DNA of 64,000 bases from Paraspadella gotoi. Taxonomy: Eukaryota > Animalia > Chaetognatha. The translations under genes and the position numbers were made by a program. Below are positions 27,735 to 42,116 of the stretch, one piece after another; within the stretch, counting starts at the first letter, position 1; the number at the start of each line of letters is the position of its first letter. The notes beneath the pieces are model-generated. The model was not told the origin of the DNA. It did not search any database and saw only the letters and a program-made list of their open reading frames with translations. The stretch covers positions 23,646,175 through 23,710,174 of the forward strand of contig CM119266.1 in assembly GCA_051294375.1 (NCBI GenBank). The letters run 5' to 3'.

Positions 27735-28309
27735 CTCTCTATCTCACGCTCTCTGCAGCCTTCCACCGCCCCAGCCGCGGCTGCGGCATCTCCCTGGCCA
27801 GCGACTGCGCTGCCAACATCAGCAATGCCTCTCGTAGTACATAGTACGTAACAAAGAGCCACTCTGCCCATTTCTTTGCTTTACTCTCTTTTTTTTTTTT
27901 TTTTTTTTGCTCTCCCCTTCTCTCACTGGTCATCAATGTCTCTGACGAATGAATAAATGATTTTCTCTCTTTCCTTATCCTCCTCCCTGTCCCATCTCTC
28001 CTCTCTCTCTCTTCTCTCTCCTCTCTCCTCTCTCTCTCTCTCCCTCCCTCCCTCTCTCTCTCTCTCTTCGAGTTGGGCGGCGCAAAGACTAAAGGGAGGC
28101 CATGTTGCTTTTGACAATTATGGGCAATTTTTGTCGTTGGAGCGGGAAGTGGACGACGAAGCCATTTTGACTCATGAAGTTACTGGATGAAGTCGCCGGC
28201 CTTTTTCCTTTTTTTTTCTTTTCCTTATTTTTGAAAGAAAACCAAAAAAAATAACCGATTGGACTATATGAAAAAGTCTGCAATAAAAATTGTTTGTCCT
28301 TGGAAGCAT

Positions 28310-28660
28310 TTTAATATTTAACCATATATAAGAAGTGCTTAAAATTTTTTTTTGGGAAATTTTAATTTTTAAAAATGGATTCTGATAAAGATTAAAAACT
28401 TAAATAAAGGTTAGTATTACAAATTTAAAAAAAATTAATGATAAATGAGTTTAAACTTAAAAAAAAAATCAAAAAAATCATCATCATTCAATAAATTTGA
28501 TAGTTTTTGTTAATTTTTAGAAACAAATCATTAAAATTTCAAAAATTTGTAATAATAACCTTAATCTAAGTTTTCAAGCTCTATCAGAATCCAATAATAA
28601 AATAAAAATTTACTCAAAAAGATTTTTGACATTATATAGTATTTGGATAATATAAAAAAG
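28310..28660. repeat. AT-rich long imperfect palindrome (foldback/MITE-like)
   Basis: ggattctgataaagattaaaaacttaaataaaggttagtattacaaattt (~28377-28426) pairs with aaatttgtaataataaccttaatctaagttttcaagctctatcagaatcc (~28543-28592). Pairing extends loosely outward. Confidence 0.7.
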
Positions 28661-29672
28661 AATCCATGCGTTTAACTATAAGATAAATTTTAATTTTTTT
28701 TAAATTTTCATGATCTTTAATAAACACATTAACAATACTTATACCGGACTTCCGTTAGTTTGTAACCTCTTCCGCCTTATAATGTACATACGTATATAAT
28801 GTATAAATTTCCAAAACCTTAAGTTTACTGTATATTTATTTCAATAATTTAAACTAATTCAAACATTTTCATTAAATAATTTTGTGGTAAAAAAAAATAA
28901 AGATAAAACTTTTTTGAATTTTTTTCAAAAATCGAATTACTTATCTTAAATTAAAACATATTATACATTTACTAAAATATTTTTGTATACAAAAGTTTAA
29001 AAAATCTCAATTTTTAAACAGTTTTTTTTTTTGTCTATCAGGCCAATTTATTCGAGAACCCCCGCAAAAAGTCAACTTTAAAAAAAACAAAAACAAAAAA
29101 AAATAATAACAGCGAAGATGAAGAAGAATCGGAGATCGGACAAGAGAAGCTACGACAGTCGATTAACTGTCTTCAATTGTGTGTGGAGAAGAGCAGCCAC
29201 TCTAAAATTCAAACCGTCGACTCCCAAAAACGTTTCAGAAATTGTTTTCCCAAATCAGTAAATACGTGAATATATCTTATAATCCGTCATTGCGTATTAA
29301 ATCTTGTTTTTAAATGTTTTTAGTTAGTGGTATGAAATTTTTTGTTTTACCATAGTTTATTTTCGTAAATATTTTGTTCTATTTCACTTTTTCCTCCTCG
29401 TTTCTTGTTTTCTTTTCTTCAACTTGTTCCTCCTTTTATTCCTTTTCTTTTCTTATAATTAAATTTTTCTCCTTTTCTTCTCCTCATTTTATTTGCTGTT
29501 CTTTTACTCTTGCTTTCCTTTTTTTACATCTTTTAACTTTCCTTCTTTAACTTGACTGCCCCCCAATGCCAACTCCCCAAACTGCTTCCTCCCCCAGCAC
29601 TTGTTTTACCTCAGCCCCCCTTCCACCCGGTTCCTCTCATTTCCTCGGAGCGCCGACCGGGATCCCTGGACG

Positions 29673-29760
29673 GGGTCACGTGGTCACGGGTCACGTGGTC
29701 ACGGACGGCGCGGTTCTGGGTCACGTGGTCACGGGTCAGCCCCCGAACCGCTGACCCCGA
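29673..29760. promoter_or_regulatory. Candidate cis-regulatory motif cluster: 3x GGGTCACGTGGTCAC
   Basis: Exact 15-mers at 29673-29687, 29688-29702 and 29718-29732. Each has a CACGTG E-box and GGTCA half-sites. Function is inferred only. Confidence 0.35.
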
Positions 29761-30377
29761 GACGTTTTATTGCAATCAACTTGGCGGGCTTTGTCGGGGA
29801 AGAGGAAAGGATTGGGAAGTTGGTGGATGGTAAGGGGGTGGAGATGGAGCGGGAAGGGGGGGCGGAAGGGGGGGTCACTGAGTGCTCGGTCGTGTTCGAG
29901 TTTCGAGAGGGTTCGGCCATTAAGTAGAGGAAAGAAAGCCAGAGTGTTCCAGGGAATGGGGAGTCGTATGAAGTGGGATTTCGAGTTGGATTGAAGAGTA
30001 AACATATACTTACTTAGTACTCACTCATGGTGCAGAATCTTAAGCGGTTGGAAAGAGAGAGACAGAGAGACTCCTCACGACGCAACGGTTCAATAGTCGG
30101 TCGGGATCCATGACAAAAGCGTGTGGCTCCCCGGGAACGTGGATCATCCGGGGACCCAGACTTGGGACGATATGACAAGTTTAATGGGGCGAAAGAAAAG
30201 AATAACGTTTGGATAAAGATGGAGCTTTCATTTTTTTTCTTTCGTTTCAGACGATTAGGAAAAGTTTAAGAGTTATGTACTTAACAGTCTGCTTGCACTA
30301 TTTGATGCTTGTAGGGAGTACAATATAGTAATCTCCGCTCTAATATTTGAGAGAGTGGTCATTTTATCCAATTGAAT

Positions 30378-30542
30378 AGGGAAGCTAAACGCTCTTGGAG
30401 TAATTAGAAAGAGAATCTGAATTGAAAGCTTGAAGGGGTTTCTCGCTATGTTATCTTGTAAATGAGATGGATACACCATGGCCTGCATGATAGTTTGTTT
30501 ATTCAATGAATGAATGATTTTTACATTGGTTGTTCCGATTTT
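30378..30542. repeat. Diverged inverted copy of dispersed repeat family A
   Basis: ggaagc...gctcttggagt...attgaaagcttg...ttatcttgtaa...cattggttgttccgatttt resembles the reverse complement of 55519-55702. Confidence 0.55.
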
Positions 30543-31212
30543 AAAAAAAATAAAACGTTTTACTGTGTTTGATTATGACTAAGAGACTCATTTAACGAAA
30601 ACAAAAGACAACCAAAATTTGATCTTCATTTACGGGAAATAGATAATAATAACTTAAAATATTCTAATATTTTACAAAAATTAATTTAGATGAACCAAAG
30701 CTAACTATATGAGTCAACAATGGAGTGCGTTGGTGCAAACTGCCCCGGTGTTACCGTTTCGGTTGAGTTTTAAATATCCGGCCTAAAGCGAGAGACGAGA
30801 GAAAGAGAAGGAGGAGAAAAGAAGAGGGAAATATACGCAGGGGGGGGGGAGAATGAAGAGAAAAACAAGGAAGGAAAGTCAATTATTGGAGGGGAGGTTG
30901 TAATAGTGGTAAAAGTGGACGTGAACGAATAGAAAGTCATAATTCTGAAATATGACGATGCAAAAGATAGCGTAGGGTGGATGGTAATGGAAATTAAAAT
31001 GTTGCGATGAAAAGGAAAGAATTAGGTTGACTTCGACGACTCGGGGGCGGAGACTAAGTAGGACTGCAATCGAAGAGCGAAAGTGAGCGGTGGAGGTTGC
31101 GAAAACGGGTGCGATGGAAAAGGGGGGGGAGTCGAAACCACGTCGGCGTGACCAGCAAATGCAGTGACCGACACTTTTATGGCCCCATTCGTCTTCGGCC
31201 ACGGACCCCGCG

Positions 31213-34200
31213 AAAAAGGAGAAGTGATTGTCTAAATTTAAAATTCTTAAAATAGAAAATCTTCGCCCCACCGCGTCTGCCAGCACGCCCCTTCTCCTCA
31301 AGACAAATTCTTCACTCCTTCCTTATCGAGAGTTTGTCCCCAACGCACAACTCTCATATCATAGTTCGCCCGAGACTCTCGATCTAACTCACGCTTTCAG
31401 CACTCAACCGCTCACCACAACACATACACAACAACAAAATCCTCACACTCACTGACGGGGAAAGCGTTATTATTGGATTTCCCTTTTCGCGAAGAAACAC
31501 GAGCGCCTTGGGAGGGAGAAGACTTCGAAGGGGGCGAAGGGTAAGTGGGACTAGGAGAGAGACAAAACGCGCAGGTAAATCCTTGGAACATCTCTGCTAA
31601 TCTCTGCTCTCTCTTTCTCTCTATAACTCTCGTCTCTCTCTCAATATCTCTCGAGTACTAATCTCTCTCTCTCTCTCTCTCACTCTCAATCATCTTCTCT
31701 CTCATCTCATCAATCTACTCTCTCTCTCGTCCACCGCCGCGCGCCGACGGGGTTGCAAGCGAATCGAGGGAGACGCATAAACAATTTGAGGTAATGTGGC
31801 GAGGAAGTGATTACGAAGCTTTTCAAAAGCTTATTCAGAGCTGAGAAGACTGAAATTTTCGGATCGGGAGAATTTTCTTTTTTCTTATTTTCTATGTGGA
31901 TGAAGGAAGAGGAGGGAAGGGTTGTGGGGGAGGGGCGAATCCTTGGAGGAAAGGGAAAGACAGGGAATAATTGGGGGAGAATGTGGGAGAGAGGGGAAAC
32001 GACGGAGATTCGAGGGAGTCTATTGGCCGTTAGAAATTTGCTTGGGGAGAGGTGAGGTCCGCAATTCATAGTGTATATAAAATTAAATAAATAGACAGAG
32101 CAAAATGGAAGGAGAACAGGTGACCATGTGATAAAGTCTGGTTTTGTTACGAGACAGATTCAGTGATCTTTGAGGTCGGCAACGTCATGGTGTGAGTATC
32201 ACGAAAAAATTTAAGAGCGTCGAAGCGATGATTTCCCAATTGCAATTCCAGGATTTTATGCACAAGAAGTTTGGAATGTGAAATGCGAATGGCAAAATCC
32301 CCTCACGACAGAGCAGAAATGGAATTTTAATGGAAATTAAGGGAAGAAAAAAAAAATCGCCGTTTTTCACTAATATGAGTTTGAATTGCATGCAAACTTT
32401 AAAAGGGAATTTCTTTTTTATATATTTGAAACTAAAAAAATTTTACTCACTGTTAACTTTTGTACAATAATTATAATATATATATTTTATATTTAATACT
32501 CTAGGAAACATTTAAATACGGCGGTACCATTTTCTTTCAGATATTGAGATTGAGATTTCTTTCCTCCTTCATTGAAGGACGGAGATTCATTTACCTCTCT
32601 TTCTATCTCCATCTCATAACAATTATCCTCTAATTTCATCTCAAACTTTTTTGCCCTCATTCATCTTGACCCCTTTTTTTTTAATCTTAGTTCTCCACAC
32701 ATAACACGCGATTGTCTTTAAAACTCCCTTCTTACACCCCTTCGACACGCCTCAAAAAACTTTTTATAATTTATCTTACGTCACCTCATATAATCTTGGG
32801 CTCATCCCCACGCATCACGGAAATGGGGTGTTTATAAATTCCGTGTCGCCAATAAGGGGTTTCACAACTTTATGGACCTTAAAACCTCAATATCTCCACG
32901 CCGAAGTAAACGCCGCTTTTTTTTTCTCACTTTCCTACACTTCTGTCTCAGCCTTGATTTCCTACTTACGGAGAATATAAATGAACTGCTGGCGGAGCGA
33001 CTTTACGACAAAATTTTAACAAGTCTCATCAAGTATTTAATATTATTTAGAGCTTCATTAACGGAATCTTTTATACTTTGATATTTATCGGTTTCTTTAG
33101 CTAAGGTAGAGTTCTTTCTTTCGTATTTTTTTTTTTTATTATTCCATTCAAGCTTCAATTTTTACATTTTTTATATCGATTTAACTCTCTATCTTCGAAA
33201 TTGAGTGTTTTGCCATAACATCTTCTTCCATCAGCCTATTATATATTCCCTTAAGAATTGGAGTGACATAATCTTTTTGGGCGACACATTGCCGTCACAC
33301 GATGTCTCGGACTGCTCTCTCTTCGTCTCTCTCATCATCTCTCCCACACCACACTTTTATCTTTATTCCCTATTTCTCTCTCTCTCTTCTCATCTCGTTT
33401 ACGTCACGTTCACTGCATTCCTCTCACTCGCGCCTTTCATCTAGCGGCTTCATTAATATTTATGTTAAAGGTTAAAAATAGAAATTTATTAAATCGTTAA
33501 AGAGCGAGAAAGTAAACGTTTAAGCGAGTTTACAAGATAGATGTGAATATCTATCTTAATTTTATTATTTTTATCAACGTACGTTTTTGTAGTGGCTAAT
33601 ATTTAATCTTCAAAGGATACTGATAATCCTTAAATTTAGTAAAAATACATTTTAAAACTAATTCGAAATATTTGTTAGAATTATCAAAATAAATAATTTG
33701 TTTTAAAAACATTTTTTGCGACTGTAATCTAAAATTATTGATTCATAACAATACCCCCTTTTACTTTAATCCTGAACCTTTAACCCATAATTTCTTTGTG
33801 ATTTCTTTTGCAATAAACTCAACTCTCTCAAAGCGAGAACAAAGGTGAGAAACAAAACGGATATCATAACATTTTTTGCGCGGTTTTTTTTATTTCAGCG
33901 CGACTCTGCAGCCCTGAATTTCTTCTCTCTCTCTCACAGTTCTCATCTCTCTCTCCCTCTCTCGTCTCGTCTCCATCTCGTCTCTCGTCTCTCTCTATCT
34001 CTTCTCTCTCTCCTCGGCTCGTCGCGGCAAATGAAAATCTGATGGTTCCATCTTTGAGTCCTCGCCCGCTGCTTTCGCAGCTCCGCCGCCAGCCTTTTGC
34101 TGCTGCGGCGTCTAACCGCTGTCCGCGGCGACGAAACGCTGCCTTTTTTGGTGCCGAGATCTTTGACGGCTGATTGTCTCCAGGGCTTCGTTTCGGATTT

Positions 34201-37200
34201 CGTGTCTCCGCTCTCTGTCCTCATTCGCTTGAGTCAAGCAAATTCATCTTATCAGAAAATGTGTTTTTAATAATATTGTAATCGGAGAACGTTTTGTCAC
34301 TCAGTTAATCAAGAGTATATTTAATTTTCAGAGGTTTGTCAGCAAAGATGTCTAAATACATTTGGCGCACTTGTTATAAAAGTATAAATTGAATTTGCTA
34401 AACTCGCTACTAACAAAAAATTATTAACAGTTTATGTATTGAATCGTGAAAAATGTTTTTTCAATTCCAGAACGGCTACTTTCCTCTCTCTCCTCCTCTC
34501 TCTCTCTCTGCTCTCTCTCTATCTCTCTACCTATGACGTCATCTTCTCCTGTCCTCTCTTCTCTTCTCGACGACATCTCTCGCCACAATCGCAAAACTCT
34601 CACTCGACCACGAGGTTCCGCCGTTGAACCGAGAAGAGGGCGATCGAAGAGACGACGTAGAGCGTCGAACTCAAATTTTTGAACAGAAGAACATTTCGAA
34701 AAAATTAAAAACGGTTTGACGAAAATTGAGAACAATTTTAAAATCAGCGCAGCGAAATATTATAAATCTATATTCTCATTTACATTCCGCTCGTTATATC
34801 AATCTTCAATAAATAAAAACAAAAAACTATAAAAATAAAAAGCTAAAAAACCTAGAAAACTAAAAACTAAAAAAACTAAAAACTAAAACTAAAAACTAAA
34901 AAACCTAAAAAACTAAAAAACTAAAAAACATAAAAAACTAAAAACTAAAAACTAGAAAAACTAAAAAACTAAAACTAAAAAACTTAAAAAATCCATAAAT
35001 AAAAATAAGAAACTTTTATAGAATCTTAGCCAATAACTGAATAGAAATTCAACAACCGTGCGATCAACGGGAAACATTACACAGTCGAAGACCTAATAAA
35101 TGTTCAAATCACTCTGATAAGAAAAAGGAAGTAAATTAGCTATATTTTGGGTTGCATTGTGGATACATGGTCATCCATATCTATCATAGTCGCCCTTTGT
35201 TGACATAGATAATGAATTTAAGGGGATCCATGAACCTGAGTTGCAGAAGGGTCGACGATGAAAGGAGATAATATTTCATTCTTGTGGTCGAGATCGAGGA
35301 AACCAAGGGCGGCCGAGGACGGCCGAGAGCGGTTCAGGTCCACGCACTGTTTTTGCTCTCCTCAATACATTATTATTTCTGGCTTTTTTTCTTCTTTTAA
35401 TTATGGCTCCGGGATTATATTTCAGGAGACGTTGACGGACGAACCGACGAACGACAGCAATAACAACAACAACTAACGTTGATGATGATGACTGATTTGT
35501 GTATCAACTTTCCGTCCAGAGGAAACGATTTCAATTGAGCGACGACGACGACGCGACGAGAACGACGACAACAACAATGATGGCCAGGTCGGTGGTGGTC
35601 AAAGTCCTAGCTCAGTTCCTGAGAGTCTGGTGCAATTTATTATTTAATGAAGTAATTGTGTTTTTAACGATAAATGAGAAATTATAAATAAATGAAATTT
35701 TTTTTGTTTTATTTTTGAGCTTTAGCTTTTATACTCTAAATCATGACGATTCCTAGTATATGAAGCTTTTCCCATTTTTGTTTTTCTTAATTCGGTTTTT
35801 TCAATCAACTTTTTCTTTAATTTCATATTATCTATCTCTCCTTTCTCCGCCAAAAAAAACGATAATCCTTTCATCCGGTGCTCTGCTTTTTCCGCTTTTC
35901 TCCGGTCTAACGGCCAGATCGATGGCTCCTCTTCCTCCTTTGTCAGAGGCAATCCCCCAAGGGTCCTTTCATTCCTTCCTGCCTCACCGGGTCGGCGAAT
36001 GGGGTGAGGAAAGCGCCGCTTGCCAATAATTGATATCCTTTCGACGGATCGCCGCGTCGCGTTGAGCGGCGGGGAATGAGGGGAGAGGGAAATGGGTCGG
36101 GGGGGTTAAAAGCGAGTGCGTGAGGTAAGGGCGACTCTCGCATTTGCCCTCGCGGGTTGTAAACACCCGGGATGGCTTGAACCGAGTTCCCTATTGGCCA
36201 TCTCAACGCTTGTTTCCATCATATCGTTCTGGTTTCGAAAATATGCTTTTATAAACTATTTTTACATTTTGTTGACTTAATTTTTTTTATTGAAAAGTCG
36301 TTATTCTTTTTAAATAAACTGCTGCTCTCCTCTTCATCTCTTCTTTCTCCATCTTTTTAAAAGTCTCCCACTTTTTTATTCTTTTTTGGTCGAAGTAACC
36401 AGTTTAAAACAAAAGTAACTGCGTTTCCCTAACGTCACCAAAGGTTCCCCGTTCGCTCCTATTGGTTAATAGTACTGTGCTTCGAGAGCGACACTTGCGT
36501 AAAGATTCTCATGCTCTCCTCATCCGCTCTCCTCGTCTCGTCTCGCATCGCTCTCTCTCTCTCCTCTCTCTCTTCTCTCCCTCGTCTCCTCTTCTCTCTC
36601 TCTCTCTCTCCTCCTCTCTCTTGCTCTCCTCTCTACTCCTATCTCTCTCTCTATCTTCTTCGGCGGCGCGCCGGGTTTTTGTTATGGTGCGTGGTCGGTT
36701 CTGTCGCGGCGAGGTCTGACGNNNNNNNNNNNNNNNNNNNNNNNNNGGAAAAGAGAGACCGATGAAAGGATTATCGTTTTTTTGGGGAGAAAGGAGAGAT
36801 AGATAATATGAAATTAAAGAAAAGTTGATTGAAAAACCGAATTAAGAAAACAAAAATGGGGAAAAGCTCATATACTAGGAATCGTCATGATTTAGAGTAT
36901 AAAAGCTAAAGCTCAAAAATAAAACAAAAAAAATTTATTTATTTTAATTTTCTCATTTTTCTCGTTAAAAAACATACTCATTAAATAATAAATTGCACCA
37001 GACTCTCAGGACTGGCGTAGACTTGACCACCACCGACCTGGCATCATTGTTGTTGTCGTCGTTCTCGTCGTCGTCGTCGTCGTCGTCAATTGAAATCGTT
37101 CCTCTGGGACGAAAGTTGATACACAAATCAGTCATCATCATCAACGTGGTAGTTGTTGTTGTTATTGCTGTCGTCGTCGTCGTCGTCAACGTCCTCCTGA

Positions 37201-38068
37201 AATATAATCCCGGGCCATAATTTAAAAGAAGAAAAAAAAGCCAGAAATAATAATGATGAGGAGAGAAAAACAGTGCGTGGGACTGAACCGCTCTCGGCCG
37301 TCCTCGGCCGCCCTTGGTTTCCCTCGATCTCGACCACAAGAATGAAATATTATCTCTTCATCGTCGACCCTCGCAACTCAGTCTGGATCCCCTTAAATGT
37401 CATTATCTATGTCAACAAAGGGCGACTATGATAGATATGATGACCATATCCACAATGCAACCCAAAATTATAGCTAATTTACTTCCTTTTCTTATCAGAG
37501 TGATTTGAACATTTATTAGGTCTTCGACTGTGTAATGTTCCCGTTGATCGACGGTTGTGATTCTAATTCAGTTATTGGCTAAGATTCTATAAAGTTTCTA
37601 TTTTTATTTATGGATTTTTTTAGTTTTTTTAGTTTTTTAGTTTTTTAGTTTTTTAGTTTTTTAGTTTTTTAGTTTTTTAGTTTTTTAGTTTTTTAGTTTT
37701 TTAGTTTTTTAGTTTTTAGTTTTTAGTTTTTTTAGTTTTTTAGTTTTCTAGTTTTTTAGTTTTTATTTTTATAGTTTTTTAGTTTTTTATTTATTGAAGA
37801 TGATATAACGGCGGAATGTAAATTGAGAATATAGATTTATAATATTCGCTCGCTATTTTAAAATTGTTCTCAATTTTCGTCCAAACCGGTTTTAATTTTT
37901 TCGAAATGTTCTTCTGTTCAAAAATTTGAGTTCGACGCTCTCGTCGTCTCTTCGATCGCCCTCTCTCGGTCAACGGCGGAACCTCGTGGGGTCGAGTTGA
38001 GAGTTTTGTCGATGTTGGCGAGAGATGTCGTCGAGAGAGAGAGAGGACAGGAGAAGATGACGTCATAG

Positions 38069-38111
<43 letters not shown>

Positions 38112-38795
38112 CGTTGGAATTGAAAACATTTTCACGATTCCAATGACATAAACTGTTAATAATTTTTGTTAGTAGGAGTTTAGCAAATTCAATTTATACT
38201 TTTATAAACAAGTGCCAAATGTATTTAGACATCTTGTGACACAACCTCTGAAAATTAATATACTTTGATAACTGAGTGACAAAACGTTCTCCGTACAATA
38301 TTATAAAAACACATTTTCTGATAAGATGAATTTCTTGACTCAAGGAATGAGGACAGAGAGCGAGACACGAAATCCGAAACGAAGGCCAAAAAGGAGAAGT
38401 GATTGTCTAAATTTAAAATCTTAAAATAGAAACTCTTCGCCCCACCGCGTCCTGCCAGCCGCCCTTCTCCCTCAACAAATTCTTATTCACTCCTTTCCTT
38501 ATCGAGTGTTTGTCCCCAAACGCCACACTCTCATATCATGTTCGCCCAACTCTCGATCTACTCACCGCTCAGCACCACTCACCATCAACACATACACACA
38601 CAAAAAATCCTCACCTCCTGACGGGGAAAGCGTTTTATTGGATTTCCTTTCGCGAAGAAACACGAGCGCCTTGGGGGGAAAGACTTCGAAGGGGGCGAAG
38701 GGTAAGGGGACTAGGAGAGAGAAAAACGCGCAGTGTAAATCCTTGGAATCTCTCTCTCTCTCTCTCTCTCTTTCTCTCGTCTCTCTCTCTTCTCT

Positions 38796-38851
<56 letters not shown>

Positions 38852-41171
38852 TCGTCCCCGCGCGCGCGACGGGGTCGCGTCGAGGGACGCATAACAATTG
38901 ACGGTAATGATGGCGAGGAGTGATTACGGCTTTTCAAACTTAGTTCGACTGAGAAGACGAATTTTCGGTCGGGGAGAATTTTTTTTTTCTTTTTTCTTGT
39001 GGATGAAGGAAGAGAGAGGGAAGGGTTGTGGGGGGGGGCGAATCCTTGGAGGAAGGGAAAGACAGGGAATAAAGTGGGGGAGAAGTGGGAGAGAGGGGAA
39101 ACGCACGGAGATGTCGGGGAGTCTTTGGCCGTTAGAAATTTGCTTGGGGAGAGTGGGTCCGAATTCATGTGTTATAAATTAAATAAATAGACAGAGCAAT
39201 GGAGGAGAACAGGTGACAATGTGATAAATCTGTTTTGTTACAGACAGATTCAGTGATTCTTTGAGGTCGCAACGTTCACTGGTTGAGTATCACAGAAAAA
39301 ATTTAAGAGCGTCGAAGCGATGATTTCCCAATTGCAATTCCGGATTTTATGCAAAAGAGTTTGGAATTGGGATGCGATGGCAAAATCCCCTACGCACGAG
39401 CAGATGGAATTTTTATGGAAATTAAGGGAAGAAAAAAAAAATCCGTTTTTCCTAATATGAGTTTGATTGCATCAAACTTTAAAGAATTTCTTTTTTATAT
39501 ATTTGAACTAAAAAAATTTACTCTGTTAACTTTTCAATAATTATATATATATATTTTATTTTAATAACTCTAGGAAACATTTTCGGCCATTTTCTTTTCA
39601 GATTTGAGATTGAGATTTCTTCCTCCTTCATTGAAGGACGGAGATTCATTTCCTCTCTTTCTTCTCCATCTCATAACAATTTCCTCTATTTCATCTCAAA
39701 CTTTTTTCCCTCATTCATCTTGACCCCTTTTTTTATCTTTGTTCTCCACAATAACCCGATTGTCTTTAACTCCCTTCTTCCTCTCACACCCTCACTTTTT
39801 TTTTTATCTTAACTCACCTCATATATTGGGCTCACCCCACCATCAACGGAAATGGGAGTGTTTATAAATTCCGTGTCCCAATAGGGGTTCACACTTGGAC
39901 CTTAAAACCTCAATATCTCACCCCGCGCTTTTTTTTTCTCACTTTCCTCGCTTCTGTCTCACCTTGATATTCCTACTTACGGAGAAATATAAATGAAGCT
40001 GCTGGCGGAGCGACTTTACGACAAAATTTACAAGTGCTCATCAAGTATTTAATATATTTAGATCTTCATTAACGGAATCTTTTATACTTTGATATTTTGT
40101 TTCTTTAGTAGGTAGGTTCTTTACTTTCGTATTTTTTTTTTTATTATTTCCATTCAATTCAATTTTTACATTTTTTATCGATTTAAGCTCTTATCTTCGA
40201 AATTGAGTGTTGCCAATAACTATCTTCTTCCATCAGCTATTTATATATTCCCTTAAGAAATTGAGGTGAAATAAATTTTTTGGGCGACACATTGCCGTTC
40301 ACCGATCGTCTCGACTCTCTCCTCTCTCTCGTCTCTCTCTCATCTCTCTCTCTCCCTCTCTCTTTTCCCTCTCTCTCTCTCTCTCATCTCGTTTACGTCA
40401 CGTTCACGCATTCTCTCACTTCGCGCTTTCATCTACCTTCAGTTAATATTTATGTTAAAGGTTAAAAATAGAAATTTATTAAACGTTAAAGACAGCGAGA
40501 AAGTAAACGTTTAAGCGAGTTTACAAGATAGATGTGAATATCTATCTTAATTTTATTATTTTTATCAACGTGTTTTTGTAGTGCTAATATTTATCTTCAA
40601 AAGGATACTGATAATCCTTAAATTTAGAAAAATACATTTTAATAACTAATTCGAAATATTTGTTAGAAATTCAAAATAAATAATTTGTTTTAACATTTTT
40701 TGCGACTGTATCTAAAATTATTGATTCATAACAATACCCCTTTTACTTTAATCCTGAACCTTTAACCCCATATTTCTTTGTGATTTCTTTTGCAAAACTC
40801 AACTCTCTCAAAGCGAGAACAAAGTGAGAAACAAAACGAGATATCATAACATTTTTTGCCGCGGTTTTTTTTATTTCAGCGCGACTCTGCAGCCCTGAAT
40901 TTCTTCTCTCTCTCTCCTCTCTCTCTCTCTCCCTCTCTCGTCTCTCTCCTCTCTCTCTCTCTCTCTCTTCTCTTCTCTCTCTCCTCGGCTCGTCGCGGCA
41001 AATGAAATCTGATGGTTCCATCTTTGACTCTCGCGCTGCTTCGCAGCCTCCGTCCGCCGCCTTTGCTGCTGCGGCGTCTAACCGCTGCCGCGGCGACGAC
41101 GCTGCCTTTTTGTGCCGAGATCTTTGACGGCTGATTGTCTCCAGGGNNNNNNNNNNNNNNNNNNNNNNNNN

Positions 41172-41206
<35 letters not shown>

Positions 41207-42060
41207 TCAGGGCTGCAGAGTCGCGCTGAAATAAAAAAAAACCGCGGCAAAAAATGTATGATATCTCGTTTTGTTTCTCACTTTGTTCTCGCTTTTGAGA
41301 GAGTGAGTTTTGCAAAAGAAATCACAAAGAAATATGGGGTTAAAGGTTCAGGATTAAAGTAAAAGGGGTATTGTTATGAATCAATAATTTTAGATACAGT
41401 CGCAAAAAATGTTAAAACAAATTATTTATTTTGAATTTCTAACAAATATTTCGAATTTAGTTTTAAATGTATTTTTCTAAATTTAAGGATTATCAGTATC
41501 CTTTTGAAGATAAATATTAGCACTACAAAAACCGTGATAAAAATAAATAAAATTAAGATAGATATTCACATCTATCTTGTAAACTCGCTTAAACGTTTAC
41601 TTTCTCGCTGTCTTTAACGATTTAATAATTTCTATTTTTTAACCTTAACATAAATATAAAAAGGAGAAGTGATTGTCTAAATTTAAAATTCTTAAAATAG
41701 AAACATCTCGCCCCCCGGCGTCCTGCCACACCCCTTCTCCTCAACAAATTCTTACACTCCTTTCCTATCGAGGTTTGTCCCCAACGCCCACACTCTCATA
41801 TCATGTTCCCGAGACTCTCGTCTACTCACCCTTTCACACTCACCGTCACATCACACATACACACACAAAAAATCCTCACCTCCTGACGGGGAAAGCGTTT
41901 TATTGGATTTCCTTTCGCGAAGAAACACGAGCGCCTTGGGGGGAAAGACTTCGAAGGGGGCGAAGGGTAAGGGGACTAGGAGAGAGAAAAACGCGCAGTG
42001 TAAATCCTTGGAATCTCTCTCTCTCTCTCTCTCTCTTTCTCTCGTCTCTCTCTCTTCTCT

Positions 42061-42116
<56 letters not shown>

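Noticed and set aside
31225-34179. 9-bp direct repeat TGATTGTCT (31225-31233, 34171-34179) as a Mutator-type TSD around the re-copied unit
   Set aside because: No TIRs, and two other copies carry flank beyond the 9-mer, which fits assembly redundancy rather than transposition.
37615-37786. (TTTTTTAG)n as a telomeric repeat
   Set aside because: Lacks the G-run of known telomere units, is short and interstitial, and is the inverted duplicate of 34838-34990.
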